NCBI RefSeq assembly: GCF_009914755.1
Contig: NC_060945.1
Source: the human T2T-CHM13v2.0 reference genome, Homo sapiens
DNA: 64,000 nt
Strand: one strand, 5' to 3'
Of this stretch, positions 63,670 through 64,000 are shown piece after piece. The translations under genes and the position numbers were made by a program. Under the pieces are notes generated by a model. The model did not search any database, was not told the origin of the DNA, and worked only from the letters and a program-made list of their open reading frames with translations. The stretch's first letter is position 1. Every line of letters begins with the position of its first letter.

Positions 63670-64000
63670 TGTCTCCATCAGGGTCAGGTGAGAGGATGGA
63701 AAACATACGAGATTTTGAACAGGGAGAATGTAATGTAAATAATTGTCAACCAGGTATGAAGTTGTGAACTAGGAACTGAAAAGATAAAAAGAGGACGCTA
63801 ATGTATCATGGAGGCAGCAAATGTAGGAAGCAGATACCATCCTTATGGTTAAAAAAACTAAGGGACATGATTGGATTTATTAAAATTTAGAAACTTAGAG
63901 GAGGGGTCTTGCATAACTGAAACTCAGGGCTTTGAGGAGGGCTACTGGTTCAGTTGCTCAACAGATTCTGGTGTCTTTGAGCTTGGAAGAGCGGTCCCAA
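63670..64000 (-). mobile_element. LTR78-like old LTR, running off the window end
   Basis: tcagggtc...ttttgaacagggagaatgtaatgtaaataattg...tgtaggaagcagataccatcc. Confidence 0.5.

Overview
AT-rich, gene-poor primate (very probably human/hominoid) nuclear DNA; I cannot identify the locus or any host gene. There is no supportable protein-coding gene, RNA gene, CpG island or CRISPR array, and the supplied ORFs appear to be chance or repeat-derived frames. The window is dominated by transposon fossils: six AluS/AluJ copies, one L1PA stub, several old L1M pieces, long L2 tracts, MIRs, an L3/CR1 reverse-transcriptase fossil, hAT MITEs (MER20, MER81, MER5, MER58, Charlie-like) and about 19 solo or partial LTRs (THE1/MST/MLT1, MER21, MER52, LTR1, LTR16 and others), many with readable target-site duplications (TSDs). 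The most notable structures are: (i) an orphan non-TE insert with AATAAA, an A-tail and a perfect 20-bp TSD at 45339-45459; (ii) an old L1 with a 5' inversion bounded by a perfect 13-bp inverted repeat; (iii) a CpG-retaining 60-nt hairpin with a strong splice donor next to the CR1 fossil; (iv) several duplications carrying fold-back templated inserts; (v) CTCF and DUX4 motifs, plus weak minus-strand exon and micro-exon candidates. I found no evidence for a novel multi-gene system. Subfamily names come from my recollection of consensus sequences and need RepeatMasker/Dfam confirmation; boundaries of old elements are approximate.
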